The notes under the pieces were generated by a model. That model worked only from the letters and a program-made list of their open reading frames with translations. It was not told where the DNA came from and did not search any database. From a virus: a DNA stretch of 64,000 bases. Position 1 is the first letter of the stretch, and each line of letters opens with the position of its first letter. The translations under genes were made by a program, and so were the position numbers. The DNA is taken from IMG/VR virus record IMGVR_UViG_3300047994_000617, positions 1 through 64,000 of that record; one strand, 5' to 3'. Positions 1 through 9,439 of this stretch are shown here, in pieces.

Positions 1-702
1 TCACGCGGCCCTCCGCGCCGCGATCATCGCGGCGAGCCGATCGAGCTGGTCTCGATCGGCGTCCCGGATCGCGGCCTCGATCGCTTGCTCGTCCGTCGGC
101 CTCCCGTCCCGGCACCCCGGGCACGGGAGCTTGGGGGGCACCGTCTTGGCCAGCGAGGGCACCGCGTGGAAGCACGCCAGGATCGCGTGGGTGCGCGAAG
201 CGTGCGGCCTGCTCACCTCCACCATCGGAGCATCGCCCGTCGCGGCGGAGGCTTCCGCGGCGGCCTGGGCGGCGACGAGCAGCGACAGCGCGAACGGCGA
301 GAGCCTCTCGCTCGGCTTCAGCTTCACCGCGGGGACGATCCTCCGCGGCTTGCCGGTGCCGCAGGAGAGCAGTCCCCAGGGTTGCCGGATCCGGTCCTTG
401 CTCCGCACCACCCGTTGCCAGGGCGAGGAGACGGCGATCCAGCGGCGCGAGAGGTACGGATCGAACGCGGACCCTTTCTCCTCGTCGCCCATCTCGCTGT
501 CGAAGTCGTCCGCCCGGTCCTTGATCTCGACCATCTCGATCTGGCCCGCCATCGAGGGCCAGAAGGCGACCGCGAACACGTCTCCGATGTGCGTCCCCTT
601 CTCGCGGGGCCCGGTGTGCGTGGCCGCGTGCCGGACCAGCACCCAGCGATCGGCCGGGAACCAGAGCCGGAGCTTCCTCGCGATGGCAGCTTCAGCCGAC
701 AC
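1..702 (-). CDS. MmcB-like PD-(D/E)xK nuclease-fold protein
   Basis: D..AFWPS..IEMVEIK..DF..E..K..F..Y..RW..WGLL pattern; C-terminal CxxC. Confidence 0.65.
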   Translation of the reverse strand: MSAEAAIARKLRLWFPADRWVLVRHAATHTGPREKGTHIGDVFAVAFWPSMAGQIEMVEIKDRADDFDSEMGDEEKGSAFDPYLSRRWIAVSSPWQRVVRSKDRIRQPWGLLSCGTGKPRRIVPAVKLKPSERLSPFALSLLVAAQAAAEASAATGDAPMVEVSRPHASRTHAILACFHAVPSLAKTVPPKLPCPGCRDGRPTDEQAIEAAIRDADRDQLDRLAAMIAARRAA

Positions 703-1303
703 GGCCAGCCTCCTTCCAGGGGAGGAGAGGGCAACCGCTGGGCAGGGCCGGGACGACCGTGCAGCGGGCGGAGGGCGCCCGGGGGTCGACGCGCTCCTCG
801 TCGGGCGGCGGCGGGAGGGAGGCCGGGCTCGCGCGGCGGGGGGCGCCGGGGTTCCACTCGGCGTCGGCGTCGTCGAGCTGGTCGAGCTCGGTGGTCGCCG
901 CGTCCAGGTGCTGGCGGAGCTCGATCTCCAGGCGGCGAAGGTCCCGGGGGAGCGCGGCGGCCGGGCTGAGCAGCTCGCGGCGGAGGTCCGTCAGCGCCTC
1001 GTCGACGGAGGCCAGGGTGCGGCGGACGCTCCCGAGGGCGCCGAGGGGCAGGCGGTCCACCAGGTCCTGCGCCTCGCGGACCTTCAGGGCGGCATCGTCG
1101 CCGCGATCGATGAAGGCGAGGGCCCGCGCCTTGGGGCTCAGGAGGGGCTCGGGGCCGAGCATGTCGTCGAGCGCCTGGTGGAGGCCGTCGAGGGCTCGGT
1201 TGGCGCCGGCGAGGAGGGCGCGGATGGGGTCGAGGTCGGAGCTGGAAACAGCGCCCCCGCCCGCCTGCTTGGCGGACGGAGGGCGCGGGGATACCGTGTT
1301 CAT
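692..1303 (-). CDS. Hypothetical helical protein
   Basis: ATG with GAGG RBS; overlaps the next gene. Confidence 0.6.
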   Translation of the reverse strand: MNTVSPRPPSAKQAGGGAVSSSDLDPIRALLAGANRALDGLHQALDDMLGPEPLLSPKARALAFIDRGDDAALKVREAQDLVDRLPLGALGSVRRTLASVDEALTDLRRELLSPAAALPRDLRRLEIELRQHLDAATTELDQLDDADAEWNPGAPRRASPASLPPPPDEERVDPRAPSARCTVVPALPSGCPLLPWKEAGRVG

Positions 1304-1381
1304 AGGTCGTGCCTCGGGTGTTTCGGGGTGTCGGCTCAGGGGCCCGCCGGCGGCGACAACGCCGTCGGGTCCCGCCTTTCT

Positions 1382-1627
1382 TCATCGGCTCGGCTTGCGG
1401 GCCGGCTTCTTCGTCGGGGCTCCCTTCTTGGTGACGGGCCGCTGGTAGGTGCCCGGGGGCGGGCCGATGACGTCCTCGCGGCTGGGGACGGCGACCCCGT
1501 TGCGTTCGCAGAGCTCTGCGATGGCTACCCGGGCGGCTGCGACGTCGGAACGCACGCCGATCTTGGGGCGGACCTCGCGGAGGGCCTCCCGCAGTTCGTC
1601 GGGCATCTCGATGGTCAACGTGGCCAT
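1382..1627 (-). CDS. Ribbon-helix-helix (CopG/Arc-like) repressor
   Basis: MATLTIEMPDELREAL beta-alpha-alpha pattern; basic tail; divergent from the main operon. Confidence 0.7.
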   Translation of the reverse strand: MATLTIEMPDELREALREVRPKIGVRSDVAAARVAIAELCERNGVAVPSREDVIGPPPGTYQRPVTKKGAPTKKPARKPSR

Positions 1628-1634
1628 GGGAATC

Positions 1635-1681
1635 AATTTACATCATCGAGCATTGACAATGCAAGTGGGGAGGGTCATCTT
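1635..1681. promoter_or_regulatory. Overlapping divergent sigma70-type promoters with a palindromic operator
   Basis: Plus strand TTGACA(1653)-17bp-CATCTT; minus strand TTGCAT-18bp-TAAATT 7 nt before the repressor ATG; palindrome GCATTG-A-CAATGC at 1650-1662. Confidence 0.7.
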
Positions 1682-1804
1682 CTCCGCGACGCTGGATCTG
1701 TCCGCGTCCCCGCGCTGCCGTCCCTCCTGACGCGCGCGATCGGTGAAGTCTTGCCTGCTGCTGCCTGCGCGCTCCCCCGTCGCGCAAGGCCGGAGGTCTG
1801 CCCG

Positions 1805-2722
1805 ATGAACGCCCCCCTTTCCCCCTGCCCCTCCCACGAGGCGACCGCGTGCCAACCCGGTCACCCGAACGATCCCTCCCTCTGCCGGTGGTGCGGCGAG
1901 GTCTGCCCGGATGCCCCCTTGGCCTACTGGGCGGGCCTGCCCGATGGTCCGGCCAGGCGCCCGGCGGCCCTCGCCGAGGCCGCCACCCTCTGGACCACCG
2001 CCCGCGCCGCCCATGAGGAGGCGGAACTGGAGGCGGGGGAGGCCCGCGATAGCGGCACCGAGGCCGAGGCGCGCCGGAGCGCCTTCGACATCGCGCTCGT
2101 CCTCCGGTGCGAGGACCGTCCTTCGCCGCCCCGTCTCGGGGAGCTGGCGGACTTCGCCGAGAGCCAGGGTGCCAAGATCCTGGCGGCCTACCTCCGGGAC
2201 GCGTCGAGCCCCTCGCCCACTCCGGCGCGCCGACGACGCACGACCCTCTCCGTCCGCCTGACCTTCTCCGGCCGCGACGTCGAGAAGGCGCAGGCGATGG
2301 TGAGCAAGATGCTCGACGTCGGTGTCTTCCAGGACGAGATCCGCGACTGGGCCGCTGCCGAGGGAGTGAAGATCAAGATCCGGCACTCGGCGGTCCGGAC
2401 GGTGCCGATGCGGAGCAAGGGCGCCAACCCGGCCCCCGCCGCCGAGCCGCTCGCGCCGACCTACAGCGTCCTCAAGGGCAACCGCTTCCTCGTCTCCGGG
2501 GTCTCTCTCGACGCTGCCCTGGCTGCCTCCGGTGAAGAGCAGGGGCACGCCTGCGTCATCGACGACGCCACCGACAAGCCCGCCTGCATGATCGGGGTCG
2601 AGCACGCCTGTCAGTGCGAGGTGTGCTCCCCCGAGGCGTGGAGCCAGGGGGAGCGGGAGAGCCTCGCGGCCGATGTCGCCGCCGCCCGCGAAGCGCTCGC
2701 CGCAGAAGGGAGCGCCTCGTGA
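1805..2722 (+). CDS. Hypothetical protein with Cys clusters (first gene of the early operon)
   Basis: GGAGG RBS then ATG 1805; coding-like codon use only from here. Confidence 0.7.
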   Translation: MNAPLSPCPSHEATACQPGHPNDPSLCRWCGEVCPDAPLAYWAGLPDGPARRPAALAEAATLWTTARAAHEEAELEAGEARDSGTEAEARRSAFDIALVLRCEDRPSPPRLGELADFAESQGAKILAAYLRDASSPSPTPARRRRTTLSVRLTFSGRDVEKAQAMVSKMLDVGVFQDEIRDWAAAEGVKIKIRHSAVRTVPMRSKGANPAPAAEPLAPTYSVLKGNRFLVSGVSLDAALAASGEEQGHACVIDDATDKPACMIGVEHACQCEVCSPEAWSQGERESLAADVAAAREALAAEGSAS

Positions 2723-3141
2723 GCGCGGCGCAACCCGTCGAGACCGGCGCGCGGGCGCCCACCGTCATCTTCGTCGCCTGGTGTCCGGTCCACGGACCCC
2801 TCGTGGCCGATCTGCACCGCAAGGACGCGCTGCACACGGTTTGCGGCGACCAGAGCGCGGCCAAGGAGTGTGACCGCGCCGGCGGGATCCAGGTGAGCCG
2901 CTACATCCTCGCGCCGACGGCGAAACGGACCGGGCGTCTTCCAACCCTCGCCGCTGGCGTCCTGGCGCTGCTCTCGCTCGGCGGGTGCATCGTAGTTCCG
3001 CCCGCGGCCCCCTGCTCCTCCACGGCCCCGTCGCCGACCACGTCCATGGCCTCGGCCTGCCAGGAGGCCACCAAGCCGCTCTACCCGCCGCCGGGGGACC
3101 ATCCGATCTTCACCGATCCGGGCTGGGAGACGTGCCGATGA
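2719..3141 (+). CDS. Hypothetical protein
   Basis: GTGA overlap coupling. Confidence 0.6.
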   Translation: MSAAQPVETGARAPTVIFVAWCPVHGPLVADLHRKDALHTVCGDQSAAKECDRAGGIQVSRYILAPTAKRTGRLPTLAAGVLALLSLGGCIVVPPAAPCSSTAPSPTTSMASACQEATKPLYPPPGDHPIFTDPGWETCR

Positions 3142-5717
3142 CCCCCAAGGAGTACACGCTCCTCTGCCTGTTCTGCGGCCTCGGCGGGGGCGGGCTCGGC
3201 TTCAAGAACGCGCACGCCCGGCTCTTCGGGACCGACGCGACGTTCCGTCTGCTCGGGGGGATCGACAACGATCCCGGCGCCTGTGAGGACTGGGAGTACC
3301 TGACCAAGAGCCCTGCCCTGTGCGCCGACCTCGCGACGATGACGCCGGGGGCGCTCCGCGAGTTCGTCGGGCCCGTCGCGCCCGATGTCGTGTTCGACAG
3401 CGCGCCGTGCAAGGCCGACTCCGGCCTCACCAACCGCGTGTTGGCGAAGACGGCGAAGTACGTCGACATGGCGGAGCTCTACGTCACCGGCGTCGAGCTG
3501 CTGCTCACCACGTGGGACGTCCCTCCGAAGCTCGTCCTCAAGGAGAACGTCTCTCGCATCTTGAGCAACGGCGCCGATCGCGTGGCCCGCGTGACGAAGA
3601 TGATGGAGGAGGCCGGCTACGCCGTTCACATCTCCACGCACGACTGCGGCGAGCTGGGCGGGCTCGCGCAGCACCGCCGGCGGGCGCTCATGGTCTGCCG
3701 CCTGAAGAGCAAGGTCACCTGCTACCTCTACCAGCCCCCCAAGCGCCGGGTGCGGGCCTGCGGCGAGGTCCTCGGCGAGCTCCCTCTGCCCGAGACGCCC
3801 TCCGCCGGGCCCATGCACAAGATGCCGCGGATCGGGTGGATGACCTGGCTCCGACTCGCGATGATCCCGCCCTCGGGCGACCACCGTGACCTCCCGGGCG
3901 TGCTCGCCGAGCACCAGGCGCGCAGCGCGGTGTGGGCGCGGCAGCACGTCGAAGCCTGGGGCGACCCGAGCGTCACGGTCACGACCTCGGGCACGAACGG
4001 CGCCTACGGCGTCGCCGATCCTCGGGTGGGCGACGAGCCGCTCGTCGTCGACCGGCTCAACGGCGCGTTCCGCGTGGAAGACTGGGCGGACCCCTCGCAC
4101 ACGATCGTCGGCCCGCACGGCACGGGTGGCAACCCCCACGTCGCCGACCCGCGTGTCGGCGTTCCCGCGTGCTCGTTCGGGAGCGCGTTCGGCGTGAAGG
4201 CGTGGGGGGAGCCGGGCGCCACGGCCACGGGTCATGGCGGGCCCGGCGGCGGTGCGTTCACCGTCGCCGATCCTCGGGTGGTCGGCTCCGACGACTGGCA
4301 CCCCGGCGCCTTCGGCGTGAAGGGCTTCGCCGACGCCGCCGGCACCGTGACGGGGCACGGACATCCGAGCGGCGGCGCCTTCGCGGTCGCCGATCCGAGG
4401 GTCGTCGAAGACGGTCGGTTCAACGGCGCGCACGGCGTGCGCGACTGGGACAAGCCAGCGACCACGGTCACCCAGGGTGGAGCCACCGGCGGGCGCTTCT
4501 CCGTCGCCGATCCGCGCGTCGTGGTGCCCGACAATAGTTTCCACGCCTACGGCGTGACGGATCTCGGCGAGGCCGCTGGGACCGTGACTTGCCACGGGCG
4601 CCCGGGCGGCGGTGCCTTCGCCGTCGCCGATAGCCGCGTCGTGCCCCAGGCCGGCAACGAGAACGCGCACTGGAACAAGCACCCGGTGACGCCCTGGGAG
4701 GGCCCGGCCGGCACCGTGGCGACCGCCACACGGCCCGGCTCGGGAGCGCCGTGCGTCGCCGATCCCCGCGCGATCGGCGCGAACCCGACGGATGGCCGCT
4801 TCTCGTCGCTCGGCGTGATGCCCTGGGACGCCGCGAGCGGCACGATCACGTCGGGAGCGCGCCCCTCTCGCGGCCGGTTCGCGGTCGCCGATGGCCGGCT
4901 CGTGGGTGCCGGGGGCGAGCCCGAGCCCGTCGAGATCGGCAAGGGCGCGTACGGGCGGAAGGACCAGCCCGGCGACCGCTTCCGCGGTTCGCTCGGCGTC
5001 GTGCGCTGGGACGCTCCCGTCGGCGTGGTCTCCAGCGCGGGCAACCCCGCCAAGGGGCCGTTCTCGGTGGCCGATGTCCGGATGCACCGGACGCCGGGCC
5101 GGAACCCCGACCACTGCATGTACGTCCTGCCGTGGTCGGCGCCGAGCTTCACCGTCCACGGCCAGGCCAACCCGGGCACGGGGGCCTACACGGTCGCGGA
5201 CGGCCGCGAGGAGGCGCAGGCGTTCGGCTTCCTCTCGCTCGACGAGGCGATGGGCACGATCAACGCGGAGGGCTGCGTCGAGCCGGGCCCCTGGGCGATC
5301 GTCGACACCGAGGGCGACACGCTGGCGTTCATCCACGGGGCCAAGCGGAGCCCCTTCGTGCTCATCGAGGAGCCGGCCAAGACGAAGCGCGGCAAGCCCA
5401 AGCTCCGCCGTGTCGACGTACCGGTCGTCATCCTCGTAGACGGCCTCTGGAAGCGCCCGATGACGCCCCTGGAGCTGGCCCGCCTCCAGGACCTGCCTGC
5501 GTTCGTCGACGGCAAGCCGCTCAAGCTCTCCGGCGAGAACGTCGGCGCTTGGGTCGAGCGCATCGGCAACGCCGTCCCCGTCGGCACGGCCAAGGCGATC
5601 GCCGAGCAGATGCTTCTGACGCTGCTCTCGTCCGAGATCGGGGCCGGCATGGCGCCGAGCGGCGGTCTGGTGTGGGTGACGCCGGAGGCGAGCGCGCTGG
5701 AAGCGGGGGCGCCGTGA
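3138..5717 (+). CDS. C5 DNA cytosine methyltransferase with 10 internal ~40-aa repeats
   Basis: Motifs FCGLGG, SAPC, ENV, QHRRR, TPLELARLQ, IGNAVP; VAD-x-R repeats. Confidence 0.92.
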   Translation: MTPKEYTLLCLFCGLGGGGLGFKNAHARLFGTDATFRLLGGIDNDPGACEDWEYLTKSPALCADLATMTPGALREFVGPVAPDVVFDSAPCKADSGLTNRVLAKTAKYVDMAELYVTGVELLLTTWDVPPKLVLKENVSRILSNGADRVARVTKMMEEAGYAVHISTHDCGELGGLAQHRRRALMVCRLKSKVTCYLYQPPKRRVRACGEVLGELPLPETPSAGPMHKMPRIGWMTWLRLAMIPPSGDHRDLPGVLAEHQARSAVWARQHVEAWGDPSVTVTTSGTNGAYGVADPRVGDEPLVVDRLNGAFRVEDWADPSHTIVGPHGTGGNPHVADPRVGVPACSFGSAFGVKAWGEPGATATGHGGPGGGAFTVADPRVVGSDDWHPGAFGVKGFADAAGTVTGHGHPSGGAFAVADPRVVEDGRFNGAHGVRDWDKPATTVTQGGATGGRFSVADPRVVVPDNSFHAYGVTDLGEAAGTVTCHGRPGGGAFAVADSRVVPQAGNENAHWNKHPVTPWEGPAGTVATATRPGSGAPCVADPRAIGANPTDGRFSSLGVMPWDAASGTITSGARPSRGRFAVADGRLVGAGGEPEPVEIGKGAYGRKDQPGDRFRGSLGVVRWDAPVGVVSSAGNPAKGPFSVADVRMHRTPGRNPDHCMYVLPWSAPSFTVHGQANPGTGAYTVADGREEAQAFGFLSLDEAMGTINAEGCVEPGPWAIVDTEGDTLAFIHGAKRSPFVLIEEPAKTKRGKPKLRRVDVPVVILVDGLWKRPMTPLELARLQDLPAFVDGKPLKLSGENVGAWVERIGNAVPVGTAKAIAEQMLLTLLSSEIGAGMAPSGGLVWVTPEASALEAGAP

Positions 5718-5758
5718 AGATCATCCACTGCACGAGCCGCGGCAACCTCACTTCTTTC

Positions 5759-5858
5759 GGGGTCGAGCGGTCGGCCAGCACCCTCGGGTGCGCAAACGCT
5801 CACGGCGATAATGACGATCGCCTCCTGGCGCCTGGGTTCGAGTCCCAGGGACCCCACC
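5759..5858 (+). ncRNA. tmRNA/tRNA-like small RNA (tRNA-like-domain mimic)
   Basis: Acceptor GGGGTC/GACCCC+ACC, T-arm CTGGG-TTCGAGT-CCCAG, no D-stem, GCCAG/CTGGC helix enclosing two hairpins. Confidence 0.7.
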
Positions 5859-5880
5859 TCTCCGCGCCGATCGCGGAGCC

Positions 5881-5921
5881 AACAAAAGCCGAAACCCCGC
5901 GGGTGGAGCCGCGGGGCTCGG
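5881..5921. terminator. GC-rich hairpin, possible terminator (U-tract on the minus strand)
   Basis: AAAAGCCGAAA-CCCCGCGG-GTGGAG-CCGCGGGG-CTCGG. Confidence 0.45.
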
Positions 5922-5948
5922 TGATTCATCCACCGGAGTGCATGTCCG

Positions 5949-6293
5949 ATGAACGCGTCCACAGATAGCAGAGCGGTCTTTCCCAGCAACCTTCAACGCC
6001 CGCCGTCGCTCCTTGAGCTGGCGGAGGGCGACGTCGACACGCTCGACTGCGATCCCCAAGAGATCCTCTCCGAGCCGCCCCGTTCCCCGTCCGACCGTCC
6101 CGACGCGATCGTCTGCGTCCCGCCGGCGCGCCCGACCCCGCTGCCCGAGCTCACGGAGGAGGCCAGGGCGGCGGGCTGGAACCTGTACCGCCCGGCCCCC
6201 AGGGTCGACGCGGCCCCCGCCTGGCAAGAGAGGGTCCTGACCCTCCTCGCCGAGATCGAGGCCCAGGGCGGCGCGCCGGAAGGGAGCTCGTGA
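5949..6293 (+). CDS. Hypothetical protein
   Basis: ORF coupled to the next gene. Confidence 0.55.
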   Translation: MNASTDSRAVFPSNLQRPPSLLELAEGDVDTLDCDPQEILSEPPRSPSDRPDAIVCVPPARPTPLPELTEEARAAGWNLYRPAPRVDAAPAWQERVLTLLAEIEAQGGAPEGSS

Positions 6294-7129
6294 TGCGCGA
6301 CCTGCTCGACGCCCCCTCCTCCGAGCGGCCCGTGTACCTCGCCGATCTCGCCGAGCGCGAGAAGCTCCCGCCCAAGGCCCTGGGGATGCTCCGGCTGCTC
6401 CGAGAGGACCTCTCGCACAAGGGCACCCGCGACCGGGCCGTCATCCTGCTCGCTGCCGGCGGGATGGGCTTCTCCGCCGAGGAGATCGCCAACCTCGCGC
6501 GCACGGCCTGCGCAGAGCTTCCGGAAGGTCGCGTGTCCGTCACCCGACACCACCACGGGGGGCTGTCCGGGGTGTCCACGGAAACGACGGTGGGGCCGGA
6601 CCAAGCGCTGTCGATGGCGCTGCGGCTCTGGCTCCAGGTCCGGGACACCTTGGGGCCCCTCGAGGGCCCGCTCTTCATGGGCCTGGGAGACGATCCGTCG
6701 CATGGCCTGACCGCCCTGACGCCCGGGATGGTGCGCGCGATCCTCGGTGGCTACGTGACGCCCGCCGACGCGGCGAAGCGCACCGTCGAGACCCTCCAGA
6801 TGCTCTCCGTGGTGGCGGATGCCGAAGCGCTGTCCACGACCAGTGACCTTCTGAGCTTGCTGCTGACGCAAGGGTTGAACCTCACCCGTGATCGCCTCGC
6901 CCTCACGGCTGACCCGTTGGCAAGCGTCGCCATGGCGGTGAGGCACGGGATCACGCTCCAGAAGCGCGCCATCGCCTTCCAGAGGGCCACCGGCAACCCG
7001 CTCGACACCCGCGCCCTCTCCCGGCTCGAACGGGGCCTCTTCATCCTCCGCCGCGCCCGCATGGGCATCGTCTCGCAGCGGAGGATCGAGTCCGCGGAAG
7101 CACCGGCGGGAAGGGAGGGTGCCTCGTGA
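6290..7129 (+). CDS. Degenerate tyrosine-recombinase-like protein
   Basis: RDRAVILL..GFSAEEIANL, ALRLWL, GPLF, LTPGMVRAIL; catalytic Arg, HxxR and Tyr not seen. Confidence 0.6.
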   Translation: MMRDLLDAPSSERPVYLADLAEREKLPPKALGMLRLLREDLSHKGTRDRAVILLAAGGMGFSAEEIANLARTACAELPEGRVSVTRHHHGGLSGVSTETTVGPDQALSMALRLWLQVRDTLGPLEGPLFMGLGDDPSHGLTALTPGMVRAILGGYVTPADAAKRTVETLQMLSVVADAEALSTTSDLLSLLLTQGLNLTRDRLALTADPLASVAMAVRHGITLQKRAIAFQRATGNPLDTRALSRLERGLFILRRARMGIVSQRRIESAEAPAGREGAS

Positions 7130-7494
7130 GCCCCCTCCACATCCTCGCCGACGTGATCGGCGGTCTGCTCCTCCTGGGCCTGCTCGTCGCCTTGGCCCTG
7201 GTCCGCCGCGCGGTGCCGCCCCCTCCGAAGCCCCCGCCTCCCATCCGTACGGCGGACGACTTCCTCGACGTGCTCGGGGACGACATCGAGGCGGGCCACG
7301 TCCCCGGCGTCTGGGGGCTCGACGACCACGATCCGACAGCCGCGCCCCGGGCGTTCGATCTGCTGCTGGACGATCACAAGACGCGGCTCTGCCTGACGAT
7401 CGAAGCGCTGGATCTCCGCCACGGCCCGGAGTCCGCGCGGCGCGCCAGCGACCGGGCGCGGCGCGCCATGTCCGTGGAGGTGGGCCATGGATAG
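7126..7494 (+). CDS. Hypothetical membrane-anchored protein
   Basis: N-terminal hydrophobic helix; GTGA coupling. Confidence 0.65.
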   Translation: MSPLHILADVIGGLLLLGLLVALALVRRAVPPPPKPPPPIRTADDFLDVLGDDIEAGHVPGVWGLDDHDPTAAPRAFDLLLDDHKTRLCLTIEALDLRHGPESARRASDRARRAMSVEVGHG

Positions 7495-7744
7495 CCCGAC
7501 GCACAGGTCCTCCGCCGCAGCGTCAGCGCCGACCCGGGCCGACCGGGTGGCCGACGCATGGACGGCGCCGGATGTGGTTGTGACCGCGACGGGGGGCGCC
7601 TTCCGCTTCACGTACGCGGGCTGGCCATCGCCGCTCGAGGTCCGCAACCCCACGGCCGCGCAGCAGCTTGTCAGAACGATGCGGGGCGAGGGGCTCAAGG
7701 TCCGCACGCCGGAGCCGGAGCTCCTGGAGACCTCCGATGCGTAG
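7487..7744 (+). CDS. Hypothetical protein
   Basis: GGAGG RBS, overlap coupling. Confidence 0.6.
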   Translation: MDSPTHRSSAAASAPTRADRVADAWTAPDVVVTATGGAFRFTYAGWPSPLEVRNPTAAQQLVRTMRGEGLKVRTPEPELLETSDA

Positions 7745-8069
7745 CCGCCGCTTTCGTGAGAACGACGACAGGCTCCAGAGCGCGATCAACCTCGCGGGCG
7801 CCTGGAATTTCAAACGCCCCGTCGGCACCCGCGTCGCCGTGCAACGCGATCCGGCGGGCCCCTGGTACGAGACCCGCACGCGCTGCGCGGCGTTCTCGAT
7901 CGGCTTCGAGGTGAAGGTCAGCGTCGATGGCATCGTCGGCGCGATCGGGGTGAGGCTCCTCCGCGACCTCCAGGAGGGGGAAGCGCTTCCCCTGCTCACC
8001 GAGTCGCTGGCGACGGCCGAGTCGGCGCAGCCCGGCGCGCCAGCCGAGCGCGTGCGAGGTGCAGCATGA
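7737..8069 (+). CDS. Hypothetical protein
   Basis: RBS plus ATG, overlap coupling. Confidence 0.6.
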   Translation: MRSRRFRENDDRLQSAINLAGAWNFKRPVGTRVAVQRDPAGPWYETRTRCAAFSIGFEVKVSVDGIVGAIGVRLLRDLQEGEALPLLTESLATAESAQPGAPAERVRGAA

Positions 8070-8308
8070 GCCCCCAGCGCCATGCTTTCGACGTCCTCGG
8101 CTGGACCGCTCGCCTGGTGGGCCGGATCGCCTGCCTCTGCGGCCACCACGACTGGCAGCGCTCCGCGCCGGAGCGCTTCGTCGCCAACACCTGGCGGACC
8201 ATCGCCCGATGCCGTCGGTGCCTGAAGACGCAGACCACGATCGACGAGCGCCCCGCGGCGCACCTGTCGTGGGTCCCCGGCCAGAACGCGCCTGGGGGTG
8301 ACGCGTGA
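8066..8308 (+). CDS. Small Cys/His protein
   Basis: CLCGHHDW..CRRC; ATGA coupling. Confidence 0.6.
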   Translation: MSPQRHAFDVLGWTARLVGRIACLCGHHDWQRSAPERFVANTWRTIARCRRCLKTQTTIDERPAAHLSWVPGQNAPGGDA

Positions 8309-8964
8309 CCCCGGCCTCCATGCCCTACGTGGTCGTGGTCATCGACAAGGCCCTCGTCGAGACGCGGACGCCTGCGGCCGACGAGGCGAGCGCCCGCGCG
8401 ACCTGGGAGAAGGCGTGCGGCACCGCGGGCGTGCTCGCTGCCTCCGTACAGCGGACGGAGGGCCCGCACTCCGAGCGGTTCGTCCCGGGCTGTGAGTGGT
8501 CGGCGCTTGCTGCCCAGTCCGCTTCCCCCGTGGGCCCGGACGAGCTCCGCGCGATGGCCAGGGTCTGCCTGGGCGAGCGCGACGCGCTCGTCGGGGCTCG
8601 GAGCTGGGCGCTGGTGCTCCTGGCGGCCTCCGGCGTGCTTCGGCCGTCCGAGATCGCAGACCTGGGCGTCGTGCATGTCAAATTGCGCGCGCACCACGTC
8701 GTGATCAGCGCGGGCCCGCGGGAGATCACCCTCCACGCAGCCGCCGACGACACCGTGTGTCCCGTCGTGGCCCTCTCCTGCTGGATGGCCGTGCGGGAGG
8801 AGTGGCTCCCCGCATCTGAGGGGCCCTGCTTCTTCGCGATCGAGAGCGGAAGGGCCCGCCGACTGCGGCACGAGGAGGTCAGCGCCATCGTGTCCGTTAC
8901 GCGCAACCGAGCGGGCGCTCTCGGCGCGGCTGCCGGCGAGGGAGGCTCCGATGCCCAGGGCTGA
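8305..8964 (+). CDS. Truncated Cre-like tyrosine-recombinase fragment
   Basis: ARSWALVLL..LRPSEIADL, CPVVALSCW, GPCF; ends before HxxR and Tyr. Confidence 0.65.
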   Translation: MTPASMPYVVVVIDKALVETRTPAADEASARATWEKACGTAGVLAASVQRTEGPHSERFVPGCEWSALAAQSASPVGPDELRAMARVCLGERDALVGARSWALVLLAASGVLRPSEIADLGVVHVKLRAHHVVISAGPREITLHAAADDTVCPVVALSCWMAVREEWLPASEGPCFFAIESGRARRLRHEEVSAIVSVTRNRAGALGAAAGEGGSDAQG

Positions 8965-9439
8965 CCGGCACCCCATCTCGACCCTCTACCGCGCCGACGG
9001 GCCGGAGAAACTGCCCCGCGCCTACGTCGCGGCCCTGAGGTTCCTGGCGCACCCGTGCGCCGAGCGATCCTCGTCGCCGAAGGTGCGCCCCGCGAGCACG
9101 CTCCTTCACGAGCTCTATGTGCTCGGGTTGGTCTCGCTGGGCGGTCCGGATACAGCGCTGCTCTCCACCTCCGGCTGGGCGGTGCTCGCCGCGCATGACG
9201 TACCGACCGCGAGCCGCTTCCGACGCGAGGCCCCGCCGCCGGTCTGCGAGGCGCGCGCCCGCCTCGCACGCGCGCTGAAGGTGGACCCGGTTCTCGTCGC
9301 CTGCACGGACTGCCACTCGGGCCGCCTGGCGGTGTGCTTGTCTCGCGTCGGGCGCTCGGTCGCGTTCGCCATTCCGCGCGCGGTGACGATCGGCGACGCG
9401 GCCCCGACGTCTCCCACGCCCGAGGTGGTCCGTGCCTGA
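8951..9439 (+). CDS. Hypothetical protein
   Basis: GGAGG RBS; CxxC. Confidence 0.55.
   Translation: MPRADRHPISTLYRADGPEKLPRAYVAALRFLAHPCAERSSSPKVRPASTLLHELYVLGLVSLGGPDTALLSTSGWAVLAAHDVPTASRFRREAPPPVCEARARLARALKVDPVLVACTDCHSGRLAVCLSRVGRSVAFAIPRAVTIGDAAPTSPTPEVVRA

Noticed and set aside
131-1804. N-terminal part of the 863-aa ORF 131..2722
   Set aside because: Antisense to three better minus-strand genes; the real start is ATG 1805 with an RBS
5759-5858. Canonical tRNA or full tmRNA gene
   Set aside because: No D-stem or standard anticodon arm; too short for tmRNA, with no terminated tag frame
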